Source of the DNA: Squalus acanthias
Lineage: Eukaryota
Assembly: GCA_030390025.1 (NCBI GenBank)
Contig: CM059451.1
Span: 20,460,001-20,524,000 of the forward strand
Direction of reading: 5' to 3'
DNA: 64,000 nt
The notes beneath the pieces are model-generated. The model saw only the letters and a program-made list of their open reading frames with translations, did not search any database and had not been told where the DNA came from. Made by a program: the position numbers and the translations under genes. This document shows positions 1 to 12,929 of the stretch, piece by piece (positions within the stretch are counted from its first letter, which is position 1; each line of letters begins with the position of its first letter).

Positions 1-525
1 AGACTCTTAGGACCTCTTTGGCTGAGCTTTGAGCTGCTTTGGCAGATGATGGAGGCTCCTGTGCCTTTGGGTCCTCTTTGGAATAGGCCGGGCTTTGCCT
101 TGTGGCATAGTTACTAGGGAAAGTATGGGCATTCCTGTCTTCATGGCTGCTTTCTGTATCTGTGGAATCATGACAACCATTGCTCGGAGACACTCCAAGC
201 TCTACCAGTTGGTTTTTTGCTCTAGAATTCAGATGTTCTGGCACGTCTTCATGACCTTCTGCTGCCTCTCGACTTCCCTGCGCCTCAGCTCGGCTGTGGA
301 TGGGATGTACATGGGAGTAGACAGCACTGATCACTGGCGTGATCTCCGGCATGCAACTGGTCATGGGGAGCCTTGGAGGCCTCATTGCTTCTGTTCCTAG
401 ATAGGACAGTGCACTGCCCAAATTCTGGTCCATGGGGTGAGGAGCCATCATCTCTACATCCTTCTCAAAATTGGAGTTCATCTCAAAGTGAACATCAGAT
501 AGGTTGAGGCGCATGTGTTTATCAC
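1..525 (-). CDS. IKZF4: IKZF4 terminal coding exon (partial, continues past window start)
   Basis: Acceptor ttcttttcag|GT at 526-527. Open frame (G)DKHMRLNLSDVHFEMNSNFEKDVEMM...TPVISAVY...SPSNGCHDSTDTESSHEDR...SPAYSKEDPK...KEVLRV matches the Ikaros-family last exon upstream of the dimerization fingers. Confidence 0.95.
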
Positions 526-1482
526 CTGAAAAGAAAGGATTAGAGTTTAAAATCAGAAAACACAGAAAATAATCTGCAAGGAAGGGAAGTTAAAGGTAAT
601 TTAATTTACAATTCTGTTAGATCAATATATTGTAAAAAAAAAATATCAGTACCAAATTTCACAATTCTGGTTTCAGGAATGGTAACAATTTAAACCGTCT
701 GTTTTCAAATTCTATTACAATATCAGTAGTGCAATAGTTAAAACGAATTAAAAGAAAGCTGCTTTGATATTCATTCAGAAACACAAATGGTCAAGACAAC
801 ATCCTCTTGGCATTATACGGACCCTGTCAAAGTTTAGGATCAAGGAGTGCCAAACTCTGGTTGGCCTGTATGTTTCACCATCACAATGAAGACATCAGGA
901 AAAGCAAAGCACTTTGAAATCACGAGCTTACAAAGGAGACCTAGGCTATTTACTGACCAGTGGAATATGGACCAGCCAAACTTAATTTAGAGTGGGACAG
1001 GAATGCAACTTTGAACTAGCGCTGGAACAAAAATAATTTAAAACTATAAATAAAACCTAAAACAACCAGGGAGAGATCTCTCGCTTCTACCTGCCAGTGA
1101 TAGTAAACCTCAAAAACAAACAGGATTCCTCCCAATTTAGGAAGTCTCAAAAGTTCCTAATCAATAGCATTTTGTTTGGACAGTGGATGGTTGAAATACC
1201 TTTTCATTTGGACGTTGGATATTAAAATTGGGCCCTTTCCTCAGAGAACTGAATATAAAAATCTCCAATTTAGGGGTGGAATTAATCAAGACCAATTAAA
1301 TACCATACGTTTAAGCCCAACACAAGAACTTTCAAGGTTCTCTCTTAATCTGGAATTAAATAAAAGATGCATAAAAAGAAAATGGAGCTCAACACCCAAA
1401 CAAAAAGAAAATTCTGTGACAAAAATGAAGCTTTTACTTCTTAAAAAGTTACTAAGCATTTGCAACTTTGTTGAAAGTCATG

Positions 1483-1484
<2 letters not shown>

Positions 1485-1526
<42 letters not shown>
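1485..1526. repeat. (AC)21 microsatellite
   Basis: Directly visible perfect dinucleotide run. Confidence 0.98.
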
Positions 1527-1528
<2 letters not shown>

Positions 1529-1825
1529 CCAAGAGCCAGAATTCTGCATAAAATGGTAAAGCAAAACCAAGACTTTATGCGGCCAGATCACCACAGTGGA
1601 TTATGCAGAATGCACTGGATCCAGTACAATTAACTGCATCATCCAGTTTGTTCCTTGTAGGGTTGAGTTCCCCCTTAATTTAGTTGCAAATACAGGAAAA
1701 CATTTAAGTTGCTGAGGGGAAAAGCATTGGTCAGGACTAAGACATGGAAAAACACAGTTGTACAATAACCTAACCCTCCACTGTCCTTTTGGGACATTTA
1801 AAAAAAAAAACACAGAAGCTCTTAC

Positions 1826-1957
1826 CCACAAATTTCTGCGGAGTAGATCTTTTTCGCTTTGCAATGCTGTTAGCAAGCCTATCTATAAAAGAAGGCCTGT
1901 CAGGGGCTGGCTGAAGGATATGGTCAGGCATCACATCCATGTCACGGCTCTCCTCCC
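1826..1957 (-). CDS. IKZF4: IKZF4 coding exon 6 (132 nt; 135 nt if the alternative NAGNAG acceptor at 1960 is used)
   Basis: catcagcag|GG...GTG G|gtaaga; encodes EESRDMDVMPDHILQPAPDRPSFIDRLANSIAKRKRSTPQKFV. Confidence 0.95.
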
Positions 1958-2437
1958 CTGCTGATGAGAGAAAGCACCCTAAAATCTGGTGATCAACTGA
2001 TGCACATTGTACAGGCAGCATTGGGAATAACAATGGAACTTGCTTCGAACCAGCTTTAGCGATCATTTTATACCGCACAACCGTTTAAATTCTTGTTCAC
2101 CAATTCCACTTTGGCAACAAAAATAATCAGAGCTCCAATACACTTTACGAGGCATTTTGCGCATTTGCGCCACAATTAAAGAGACCGACAAACTGTCGGC
2201 AATTCCATAGTTTTGCCAGCTCTTAATTGTAATTTTCCGGAAGGTGGCGTACAAGCAGAATGCATTTTAGTTGTTTTTTTTAAAAAAAGAGCACGGTGCA
2301 GTATACGAGATGTGCAACTTGAACCCTAACCCACATTGAGTGCACTCACAGCATTCACTCCATGTGGCGTGCATTCTCAATGCAGTTACAGGTCATCGAT
2401 TTATCCTGTTTGAGCAGCGCCATATCTTTAACTGGGT

Positions 2438-2544
2438 CCTATGTGAAATGAGTTTGGACAGCCTCAACCTAGTTTCAAGTAGCCATGGGCCCACAGCACA
2501 AAATTGCCCCTAATTCGACATTTATTGGCAATCTCAAACAGGCC
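2438..2544 (+). mobile_element. LF-SINE-like relic fragment
   Basis: CCTATGTGAAATGAGTT...CTCAACCTAGTTTC...CCACAGCACAAAA...CTAATT...TTGGCAATCTCA...AGGCC is colinear with the LF-SINE body as recalled; no alignment was run. Confidence 0.5.
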
Positions 2545-3069
2545 ATAATAATTGCTGGTGTGGAAAGTGGAAACATTCTCACAGGTGGTCTTCTGATGCT
2601 GAAGCGCTAAAGGAACAGAACAGGCTTACCCGGGTGTGCTCGATACCGATACTGGGTGACTAAAGTGGAAAGTGCTCCACTCCCCAGCACGGACATCTTT
2701 CACCTTGATGAGAACTAAATTCATTTGAAACAGTTCAACAAAAATAAGTTTATGGAGGTTGAACAAATGAGGAGAAACCTTTGTTCGCACCAAGTGTTTA
2801 AAAACAAATTTTACACAGTCACTATTGAGGACATTCAATTGCCACCAAGGTTCAAAAGGTAAAGGAAGAGCATGAAAAGATTAGAACACCTGATCCCTAT
2901 TGCTAACACACTTAATGCTCCTTTACCACTGACCTCCCCAAGGCCTTTCCAGTTTCCTACAAAGCTGTGAATAAGACAATAGCTGCAAATTTGCATTGGT
3001 CATTAGAATTTTGCAGTTGTAGTATTAATACCGTAGTTTGTTCCATTAAAAATACAGAGTTTGGCTCTC

Positions 3070-3270
3070 CCAACAGTTCAGTGATGAGCTGACTTGGGTC
3101 CCAGGCTCGATTCCTGGTTTGAAGGGTCTGTCACAGCTGGGGGTGGGGGGGCAGGAAAGAGAGAAAGAGACAGCCAGGGTTCCTGCTCCTAAATCACAAT
3201 CCCCGTCTTGACTCACACAAATAGCAGCCAACTAGCAAAGCATTGGACGGTGGCCAGCACCCGTAGGAAA
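3070..3270 (+). mobile_element. Old SINE-like family C, fragment
   Basis: Contains the CAGCCAGGGTTCCTGCTCCT core shared with about 10 other copies in the window. Confidence 0.55.
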
Positions 3271-3759
3271 ACTATATTCGATACTAGATTTAAACTTCAT
3301 TGTAAACCAGAAGGCCAGCCTTCAGGTAGTAAACAGATTTCTTATTTTCAGTCTTTGGCTGTTAACTTAGTACTGTGTGAACAAAACCAGTAATGTATTA
3401 AATATTAGTAATGGAAGATCTGATCCAAAGTCTTCAACATGGTTATAGTGTAAAACATATATTCAAGACAAACACAGCTACTGGACCTAGTTAACGGCAG
3501 GTATTTTTCGATAGAGTTGCTGCAATGTTCAGTATGCTCTCCATTTTGGTACTACTGGTGGGTTGATCTCAATTTTCATTCGATTTCCCCCCTCCACCCA
3601 ACCTCTCCTGCAGACACTGACTCATGCTGGGATACGGTGGGCATCCTATGCAGGTACTGGAGGGCTTGCTCTCGCTCTTCAATAAAGAAAATATTTCATG
3701 CAGAAATCTCATGCACATTTCAAAAGACAAAAACCCAGCATGTAACTCAAGTATGTTGA

Positions 3760-3965
3760 CAAAGGCAGCCCTCCAGTACCTCAGCCAAGTGGCCATTCTT
3801 TATGCATAAGCCTAGGTTGAATGTCGGTAGGGTATATGACCGTCCTCATCCTATATCCACACACAGGATTTTGTTGTCGAGGCCACTGGATAGCAATCAG
3901 AAGCAGGAACCATGACTGATATTTCCGCTCCCGAAACGGGTGGCTGAGGCCAATTTTAGCAGCCA
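3760..3965 (-). mobile_element. Old SINE-like family C, fragment
   Basis: Reverse-complement motifs CCCTCCAGTACCTCAGCCAAGTGGCCATTCTT and AGCAGGAACC. Confidence 0.55.
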
Positions 3966-4904
3966 ACTGCCTTTTATCTTCTATACTAGCTATCTGGTAC
4001 CTGACTATCAGTAGTACTATAATCTACAACATCACATCAGTGCATTTTATTAAATTATGTTGCGAGCTGGTGAAAGACTTAAGCTGTACCATTCGGTGCA
4101 AATATTGGATTATATTTGAGAGTCAGCTGGAGCGAGACATGCATTTTCTTTGGCTTTGTGGCTTTAGGCATACATAAAACCAAAGTTTAAAATGTGGCAC
4201 AGTGGTCAGGAGAGTGGTTAATGGTCAGCTGCAAAAGTGCCACCAGTCAGTAGGGATATGAACCCAACCACTTGAACCCTACCTGGAATGAAGAAAGCTT
4301 TAACACACCTACTTCTGAAAGGTCTGCAATTTTAGAGCTGGTAGACAGCAAACAAGTGGTGACCTGATTCCATGAAAACCAGCGATACAAAATTGAACTG
4401 CCTGATTGCACAGCAGTACATAGAAACCAATCTCTAAGAGTCTACAGCAATCTCAACATTTACATTTTTATCTGCAGAAATGGAGTTATCAATATTCTGA
4501 CATCTTCATTAGTAAGGGTCAGTAGATACAAACGTCACAAAGAAAAATATACAAGAAAACCGGTGTGAACCATCAAAGTGACAGCTACAGGAATCTTGGT
4601 AAAACTCTACTCGTTCACTATAATACGCTATTTAGCAGATTCCCAAACACCACGTTATTGCGAGAGTTCACTATATTAACAGCAGAATTGAACCAGTTTA
4701 CAGACTGCATTTATTAATACTGGAAATGAGATACTAAATCTACTGCATAAATAGTTGTGAACTTGCATTGGTGGAAGCACAACGGCCCACAAATTACTGT
4801 TTGTGACATGAGCATTCAAGACAAAATTAAATGCTTAATTTAAAACAGCATACAAAGGAATATCACATTAACTCATTAAGCTTTTGTATACTTCAAAAAA
4901 AAAA

Positions 4905-5195
4905 TGTTCTTGGGATGTTGGCAGCACTGGCAAGGCAGCATTTCTTGCCCAGCCATAGTAGACATCAAGGGTCAATGGGACTGGAATGGAGTTAGGCGTA
5001 GACCAGACTGGGTAGGGGTGGCAGGCCCCTCCCCGAAGGACATCAGTGAACCAGTTGGGTTTTTACAACAATCTGGTCATTTTTTTCTGGTGCCAGCTCA
5101 CAATTTACGGAATTCATTTTCACAAAATGCCATGGTGGGATTTGAAGTCATCACCTCAGGGTTACTCGTCAGAGCCATAACCACTACACTACCGT
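4905..5195 (-). mobile_element. tRNA-derived SINE family B, decayed copy
   Basis: Reverse-complement similarity to 53087-53470 (AAGGACATCAGTGAACCAGTTGGGTTTTTACAACAATC; GGTGGGATTTGAA B-box). Confidence 0.65.
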
Positions 5196-7073
5196 AACCC
5201 CCAGATAATATTGCAAACAGTAATTTCTAGGCTGATGTATAGTATTGTTTGGTGTATTCAACCACACAGAACATAACCTTTTATAGTTCATCAAAACAAT
5301 TACTTATGCAGTGTCACACTTCACCATTTATTGTCTCTCCTCTTCCTTGTACCACCAGCCACGCCCCACTCCCTGATTAAGAGGGTGGGTGGATAAGTTA
5401 ACATGCTCCCAAGTCTCTAGAGATACAAGCGGCCCAGAGTGGCATTCATTTTTCTGTTCCCATGAGAAATGCCTAGCCTCTTGACAGAGACTCCTCCAAC
5501 ATTGCTGAAATCAGGAATGCCTCATATGGGAGTCACAGGCAAAGAAAAATGACCTACCTTGTACAGTCTTTGCAGGATAGCATCCCTCATACACCATAGG
5601 GACTTGTCCAATCTGGATTGGTCCTGGAAATCACACTTTCTTTGATCATGACATCATTGAGAGCACCCCTCATGTGACATCCTGCTCCCATACTGTGCAA
5701 AAGTTCCAGGATCTGTGTAATAACACTGTTCTTTTTGATCTATAGTAACCTAAAAATGATTCCCCTAAAAATTCCCCAACCATAAAAACAAAAATAATAG
5801 CCCAGCAGGGTCAAAGGGGATGGTGGTGTACAAGGAATGCTGTAACTCAAAGAATGATGAAGTAAGATTACCTTGTAGGGTCTTCATCATTCAGGCACCC
5901 CTCACACACCACAGGAGTTACAAAGTACCACCAACTCAGGAGGAAGAAAGGCCCCAAGCTCTATGCTACAAGCTCTGCTGCCAAAACAGATTGGAGAAAA
6001 ACCTGGATGTTGGCCAAATTTCAACAGTAATGTCTGGTAAATGTGCAAGGAGAAGTCCACATAGCTACCTTACAGACACTGTCAAAGGAAATCTGATTAA
6101 GAAAAGCCCGGGAAGTAACACTGGTTTACAATTAAGCAGCTTAAAATCATGTGTTTGAAGAAGTTTCAATGATGGGTCCATCAGCTCATTAAGGACTACT
6201 TTAACATCCCAATCAGGAACAAGGGGCAGTCTATCTTGACAAGTTCTACATAGCTCACAAAGTGATAAACTACCAGACCTGACATTGAGAGCTGAGGTCA
6301 TATGTGCTCATATATACTTTAGACCCAGCTCAAAGCAATGCAGATATTCAGGATCATGAATCTCACATGTGGTAGAGAGGATAAAACTAGTCAATTTAAA
6401 CTCAATCAAATTAAATCCAACCTGGACATTCTATCCATACATACTGTGACCCATCCTCGCATTATCAGATTGGAGCCACTGCTCTGAAACACATCCCTGT
6501 TAAAATGTTGTTCTGTTCTGTGTCGGGGCCCCGGTACCTCGGATGTGCGTCAGACATTGGCCGCACTGCTCCCAATACGCCCCTTTGCTGGCGCATTCCA
6601 ACAACTTTTCCAGACAATTGTCGCGTGAATTCGCCACTAGAGGATCAAGTAGCACAACGGTTTAACATGCCGTTTGTTAACTGGACTATTGGGCAGCTCC
6701 TGGTCCTTTAGAGTTTTTTTTTATACACAGGGAGGGGTTGTCACTCGAGAGGTGGCCCTGATGATGCCATTAAAAAAAAGATACCCCAGAACCATTCTAT
6801 AGAACCAAAATCAAGATTGGACAAGTTCCTGTGGTGTGTGAATGATACCTGAATGACAAAACACACAGTTTCAAACATTAAATACACAGCAATGTATCTG
6901 AGTAATGGGCAGTCCCAAGGTAAAGCTCTTGCTGACCAGATAACTATGCAACACTACAATTATTATGAGGATATGCCACTGCTGGTTACAGGTCTCACTA
7001 TCCTTGGATAACTGTGGCACTGCTAGGTATAGTCCTTGCTGCCCCAGGCTAACTGGCACTGCTGGTTACAGAC

Positions 7074-7223
7074 CTTGCTGAGTAGATGGCTGTGGGGGCT
7101 CAGCATTCAGACTCTGCAGGTAGTTGTGACAGCGTTCCTTGTGCTCCTCCAGCGAACTCTGCTGCTTGTAACTCCGCCCACAGTAATTACATTTATAAGG
7201 TTTGCCGACAGTGGGAGAGGAGA
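7074..7223 (-). CDS. IKZF4: IKZF4 coding exon 5, zinc finger 4 (150 nt)
   Basis: tctctttctag|TC...CAA G|gtctgt; encodes [50 protein letters not shown]; missed by the ORF track. Confidence 0.95.
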
Positions 7224-8039
7224 CTAGAAAGAGACACAAAATTAGCAGATAAGCATTAGGTCGTGCAAGAAGTCAGATTTCAAATCTATGATGCCGCATT
7301 GAATTGGGCACAATATATGAAATGAAAACAGAAAATGCTGGAAATATGCAACAGTTCTACAGTATCCGAGAAGAGACACATTAACATTCCAGGCAGAAAC
7401 CCTTCATCATTTCCTTTTTTCCCCCCAGATTTCTAGCATTTTCAGTTTTTCATCTCATCTCAGACAACATTTTCAGTTCCAGCCTATCACCCTAATACAG
7501 CCCCCTCAAGTCACCACAAGATTCAGATATGCACATCACAGGAATAGAAAGGTGCCAGCTTCTTTCTTCACGGCGCTGACATTTCACAGGCTACTAATGA
7601 GCAGCGTGTCAGAACAATTGATATTTTATAGAATTGTAATGCATGTGCATGGAAAACCATGTAGGAGCACCAAAGTAATTCAATGTGAAAAGCTGCATCT
7701 CTGCAAATTAAAGTGACTTTTAATCCCTGTGCACAGTAACACAATGGACACCCCCTAAGATTCAAAATACACAAGGCTCTGATCTCGAGAAGTGTTTGCA
7801 ATAAGTGGGAACAGACACCCACTGGGTTTGACAGCATCCTTTTGAAGACTGAAACAGGCAACGGTGAAATGGAACAGAATCTGGGGGCTATAGTATATTC
7901 AACACTTAACATGTCAAAATACTGTCGAGCAGCAAAAAGTAGGTGGAATACATAATTATGTTACTAGGTCAGTTGAGTACAAGTCAGAAGACGTTATATC
8001 TTGAGAGAGATAATGCACCAGTCACAGTGGATATAATTT

Positions 8040-8700
8040 GGGACTTTGATTAGGCTGATTAGGGCCATTTCAGTGCTGTGGCAAGGGCAGAAACCGGATT
8101 GAGAAATTCAAACATGGAGTTGTGAGAAAGATGGGCACGAATTTGGGAGGCGACATCACGTACAAGGACTTGAAGAGGTTGGAGATTGAGCGGTAGTTTG
8201 CAAGGACTGAGGAGTCATGGGTAGGTTTGGGGGGGGGGGGGGGGGGGGGGGGTGATGACAGCAATTTTGAAAGGGAGAGAGACTGTACCTGAAAAAAAGG
8301 GAACCATTTAAATGTCAGCTACCATGGGAGCCAGGAAGGGAAGTTGAGCATCAGCAATTTAGTGGCAATGGGGTTAAGGGAGCAGGAGGTTGGTCTTATG
8401 GACAAGTTAGGCTTGGAGAGGTCATGAGAGGAGTTAGGAAAGAAACTAAAGAAGGATGCAGGATCGGGGCTACGGTTTGGCTTGGTAGGGAAGGGGAAGC
8501 AGTAGAGGCAGCTGCACAGATGGTCTCAATCTAAGTGGCAAAGATGTCAATGAGTTCCTTGCACTTGTTGGAGGTGAGGGGTGAAGAGTTTAAGGAGATG
8601 GGTAGTAGTGGAGAAGAGAAGCCGGGGATTAGCCCGGATGATCCTGGAGTAGTGGGTGATTTTGGCCCGATAGTGATTGATGTGGTCCAGCTCGATAAAT
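8040..8700 (-). mobile_element. L2-clade LINE ORF2 fragment, interrupted by a G24 run
   Basis: Minus-strand translation includes LANYRSISNL and HSTE-like RT motifs; similar to 45290-45900. Confidence 0.75.
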
Positions 8701-11700
8701 GATGGATGGCTAAACCTGTTTTTCACCAGATTCATATCAGACTGGTCAACTTTTTCCTACCCACAGAAGCTGTGTTAATCATTGTATGGCTTATCCATCG
8801 TTGCCGCTATCCTTTGATGCCAATTTTTAACAAATTGATGTTAACCTTTCAGTCATTGAAAGCAGCAGCTCATATCAAAATGAAAAGTTAAGTAGAAAAA
8901 CCATGTGAGGCACAAACATTATTTAAGGAGATGCTTGCCATTTGTACACCTGCTGTGCAAGGTGCACCATACCCAATATATTTCCAAAGGAATACCAATC
9001 CCTCGGTTACTAACAGCCAACCTGCTTTCAATAACCAGCTCCTCCACCACCAAAACTACTCTTCCTACCTTCAAATATTGGTTCAATTGCTGTGGTAGGT
9101 AAACTGCTTACAACCCACCTACACAAAAAGAAACATGTACCTTAACCATCCATCTATAGCTGCATCGGAGCTACAGCAAGCAGATATGACTTATTTCTCC
9201 TTGCTATTCCCTGTATAATTATGTTGCCTTCAATTTCCTGAATCCTTATGCACCAGTTTGATTTACCACTGTATACCACAAATGTCCCGATTCTTCCCAC
9301 TGCACACACCTACTATCCAATCAAGAGCACTGTAGCACAAAGAGGAATCAATAGGATATGGTTAAAATGTTGATGCACTTCCATCCAAAACAGCTGAGCA
9401 ACCCACTGGAAGCTGCTGATCCCCCCCCCACCCCCCTTATATTACAGGGTTATCTCCGACAGCAAAAAGTGCCATTGAAGACAACTCTGCAATGTAGAAA
9501 CAACCTCATGCTCTCACTGTAACATCATAATCTTCTGAGAACAGTAGTTTTCATTTGGTGCCTCCAACCACTGGATGCTGGCAAATGCAAACAAACAGCC
9601 ACCAGCAGCACCAAGGTTGACTGTGGTTGTGGGAAGGCCAGCTTCTCAGGATGTTCATAGAAGCCAGCTATGCAGTTTCCACTGTCTGGTCAGTACAACT
9701 GGTCTTCCCAACATCAGGGATGGACTGGCAAAATCATGATTGTGAATTTGCAGCAGCTGCACATGCAGGGGCAGGATCAGCACCAACGTGAACAAATACA
9801 ATAACTGGAAATGGTTCAGCAATATAAAAAGGTGGTGTGGGAGCTACTGGCTGCTCTGGTTCAATCACATTCTTGTATCTTCTACAATAATTGCTCTTTT
9901 TCAATTAAGAATCAGGGAGCACCCAGTTGTGCAGTCAAGGGAAACTGCCGAGTAAAAGCCGACAGTGTCAGGGAGAGTTGCAGTGTAATATCGGCTGCAC
10001 AAGTTTATTTTTAAAACAAAAAGTCATTGTGGGGCTCGCACACCTGAGCTCCTTCGCTCTTGCACAGCATGAGCACTCTTGGCTAGAGAATTTCAAACTC
10101 CTGCCTCACAGCGAACTTATGCTGCATGTACATTGTAGATCCACTTCAGAGAATGCTTCTATAATGCAGTTGCCGTTCCTGGTGATGTAGATACTGTGAA
10201 ATTTATATTTCAGGCCAGTTTCTACAGTATTAGATCCAGATTTAAACAACCACATAGGCACTCATTTTAAAGTTTTAATCTCAACAAGCTTTGTCTTTTG
10301 AGTGGTTTGGGGGGGGGGGGGGGGGGGGGGGGGAAAGAGAGAGAGTTGGGAAGAGAAGTTAACAACTTTAAAGAGCACAGTTGTTCATCTTTCTTCTGCT
10401 TGATCGCTAATGTTTGTCACTTTGTCCATGTGGGCTCCGTCACAACCCTTTCAAAGGCACCCATTCAAAATAGAACGCTAATTTTTGGGAAGCGGTTAAT
10501 TTTATGGTTTTTTAAAATTCTTCTATTCAGAGCAGAAATTCTTTAGACAATTCACTCTTGCACGCTATCTTGCCGGTGTTTTTAAAATCATGCTCCCGAC
10601 CCAACCACTCTGTTTTCCTAGCTAGGTTCCAGTTTAGATTTGCAGTCTCCTGCAATTATCCTTATCTTAGCAAGAGAAACAAAACCCAATTACATACACG
10701 TGCGACAGACTGAACAGATAGTAAATCCAGATGAACTTAACGTGTTTAGAAACACAACCTTCCCCTCCCCCAATGTGGTGCAGCATGTTCAGCGACCAAG
10801 CAATATATACTAGTCCAATTCGTTCATCTCATCGAGTCTCCAGTCTCGGAGACATCAAGCTGGACTAGGACGAAAATAGAGGGATTTATTCCTCTTTCTC
10901 TCTCCACTTCCCTTCCCTCCATGGAGCAGAAACAATGCTGGAAATACATCAGGTCCATCAGTCTCTGAAAAGAGAAGAGCTAGATAATGCCTTTTCACTG
11001 TAGGCCCCTTTGTCATTTGTGTACCCCAGCATTTTGGGTGTTTATTTCAGATTTCCAGCATTTGGATTTTTCCCCCCTTTAATGAGCAAACTTTTAATTG
11101 TCATAAAGCAATTCAATTAGATTTTAACATGGGGATTACTGTGCAAGTTGATTACCGGTGAAAATTAATGACTATTTTCAAACCAGATCATATGAAGTGA
11201 CATTCATAAAAAGATTATGAAATTTTTAATGTGGATTCCAAAAGAGATAAATTTGTAAAATGACAGATCATTTAACTTGCAGTACTTTCTTGTTTTGACA
11301 CTGTACAGTACTCCTACCACAGCCCACAGAAGGGTACAGGCATGTCTGCAAAGTGCTAGTTTCTTGGCGTGTTCCAAGTGATCAAAAAGACTAAAGTCAG
11401 GATTTAAAGGCATTTTCAATTCAGTCCAGAAGACTGACATTTCATTGAAGTGAAGTGAAGTCGATGCATTGTGGAAATTTCAGCCAAAAGATTCCGCGTG
11501 GAGCTCATCTGCCACCTGGCATTCACAAAATAGCTGTTCAGTTTCCAAATTCCCTGATCTAGCTGGCTCAAACTCCCGCCCACCATTCTCTCTCTGGGTC
11601 AGTTGGAATGACTGGCACAAGACTCTTCACACGGTGCCTGAGAAATGGGCCAGTCTGTTGGTGGGTGAGAACATGTAGCTGCTGCCTGTTCAGCCCATCC

Positions 11701-12929
11701 ACATTCAGACAGTGGTCCTAGCAGAGTGGCAGGAATGGCACGTAATCAGTTTTATTTAGAAAATATGTTATTTCAATACTACTGGCTCTATCAAATCAAG
11801 AAATCTAGCACCTCTTAAACAAAGAAAAACACACTTTGCATTCAATGCTGTATCGTCAACACTGAATTTAACTTTTAGATCTTCCAATACAATGTACATT
11901 AAGTCACTCCCCTGATGAGTTTATCCAGTGAGTAACAACCAGACAAAGCAGGAAGATCCTAAGTCTGATTCCCAGTCTGTGTTAAATTAGCTGCTCTCAA
12001 CCGGTAGGGGCACTACAGTTGGCCTCAATATACCTGGATATATGGCTCAGCTAATCATTGCCTTTACCAGACAAACCATTCCAACAAAATGATAAGTCAT
12101 CTCCAGGATGAGCATACCTGAACCCATCTTCCAGTGCAACCACAAAATTCAGTCTTCATACACCATTGCTGTAAATCAAATCACCCGTCCACAACGACTC
12201 TGCATCAGCTCCCAACTCGTTGGAAGATATTCCAGTTTAACTTTTGTCTGAATCTTCCGGTTTACACTCCTGAGCTTTCCAGCATTAAGGAGTTGCAACA
12301 GCAGTTCAACAGCATGCGTGCTCGCAACTTCTTTTTGTTCTTCCAGGAGAACTTGCGTTACTCATTGGGGCTGTTGCTATACACTCATTTTAAGTGTATA
12401 CTTGCTACAGTTTCAGATCAGCCACAGCAGATACAGCTGTAACCGCTCCATCATGCTACAACAATACAAGCAAGATTTCAACAGCTTGTGGTAGAAGCTG
12501 CTCTTTGCTTATTAAAATAAGCTATACATACAGTACAGAGCTCATTTTAATAAGCAAAGAACATATAGAGATCAATTTCTCCAATCCAGTGGAGTTAGGT
12601 TAGAGATGAGCAGAAATGCACAGCTGCAGCCTGCTCAGTCCATTCACACAAAACCTGCAGCAAGAGTGTCACTTTACTTTGGGAGAAATTCTACCACAAC
12701 ACAAAACAGCTTCTTTAAAAGGACGTTTTGGGGAAAGTTTTTGCAAAAGTTGTATTGCCTGTAAAGAATGTGAAATACACTCTCTGCAAATTACGATCTG
12801 GATCAAATCATTTGATGTTTCCAGGAGCTATCGCAAACTGTGAGGATATTTGTCCCAAAAAAGCAATGCTGCATATCGACAAATTAGTGATGTTATGGGA
12901 GTAATCCCTGAAATCCACAACCAGATTCT

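Noticed and set aside
2630-2714. Possible extra minus-strand exon with a strong donor (CGG|gtaagc)
   Set aside because: Candidate acceptors are weak and give 74 or 85 nt, breaking the phase-1 frame; no similarity to Ikaros proteins. A poison exon cannot be supported without RNA data.
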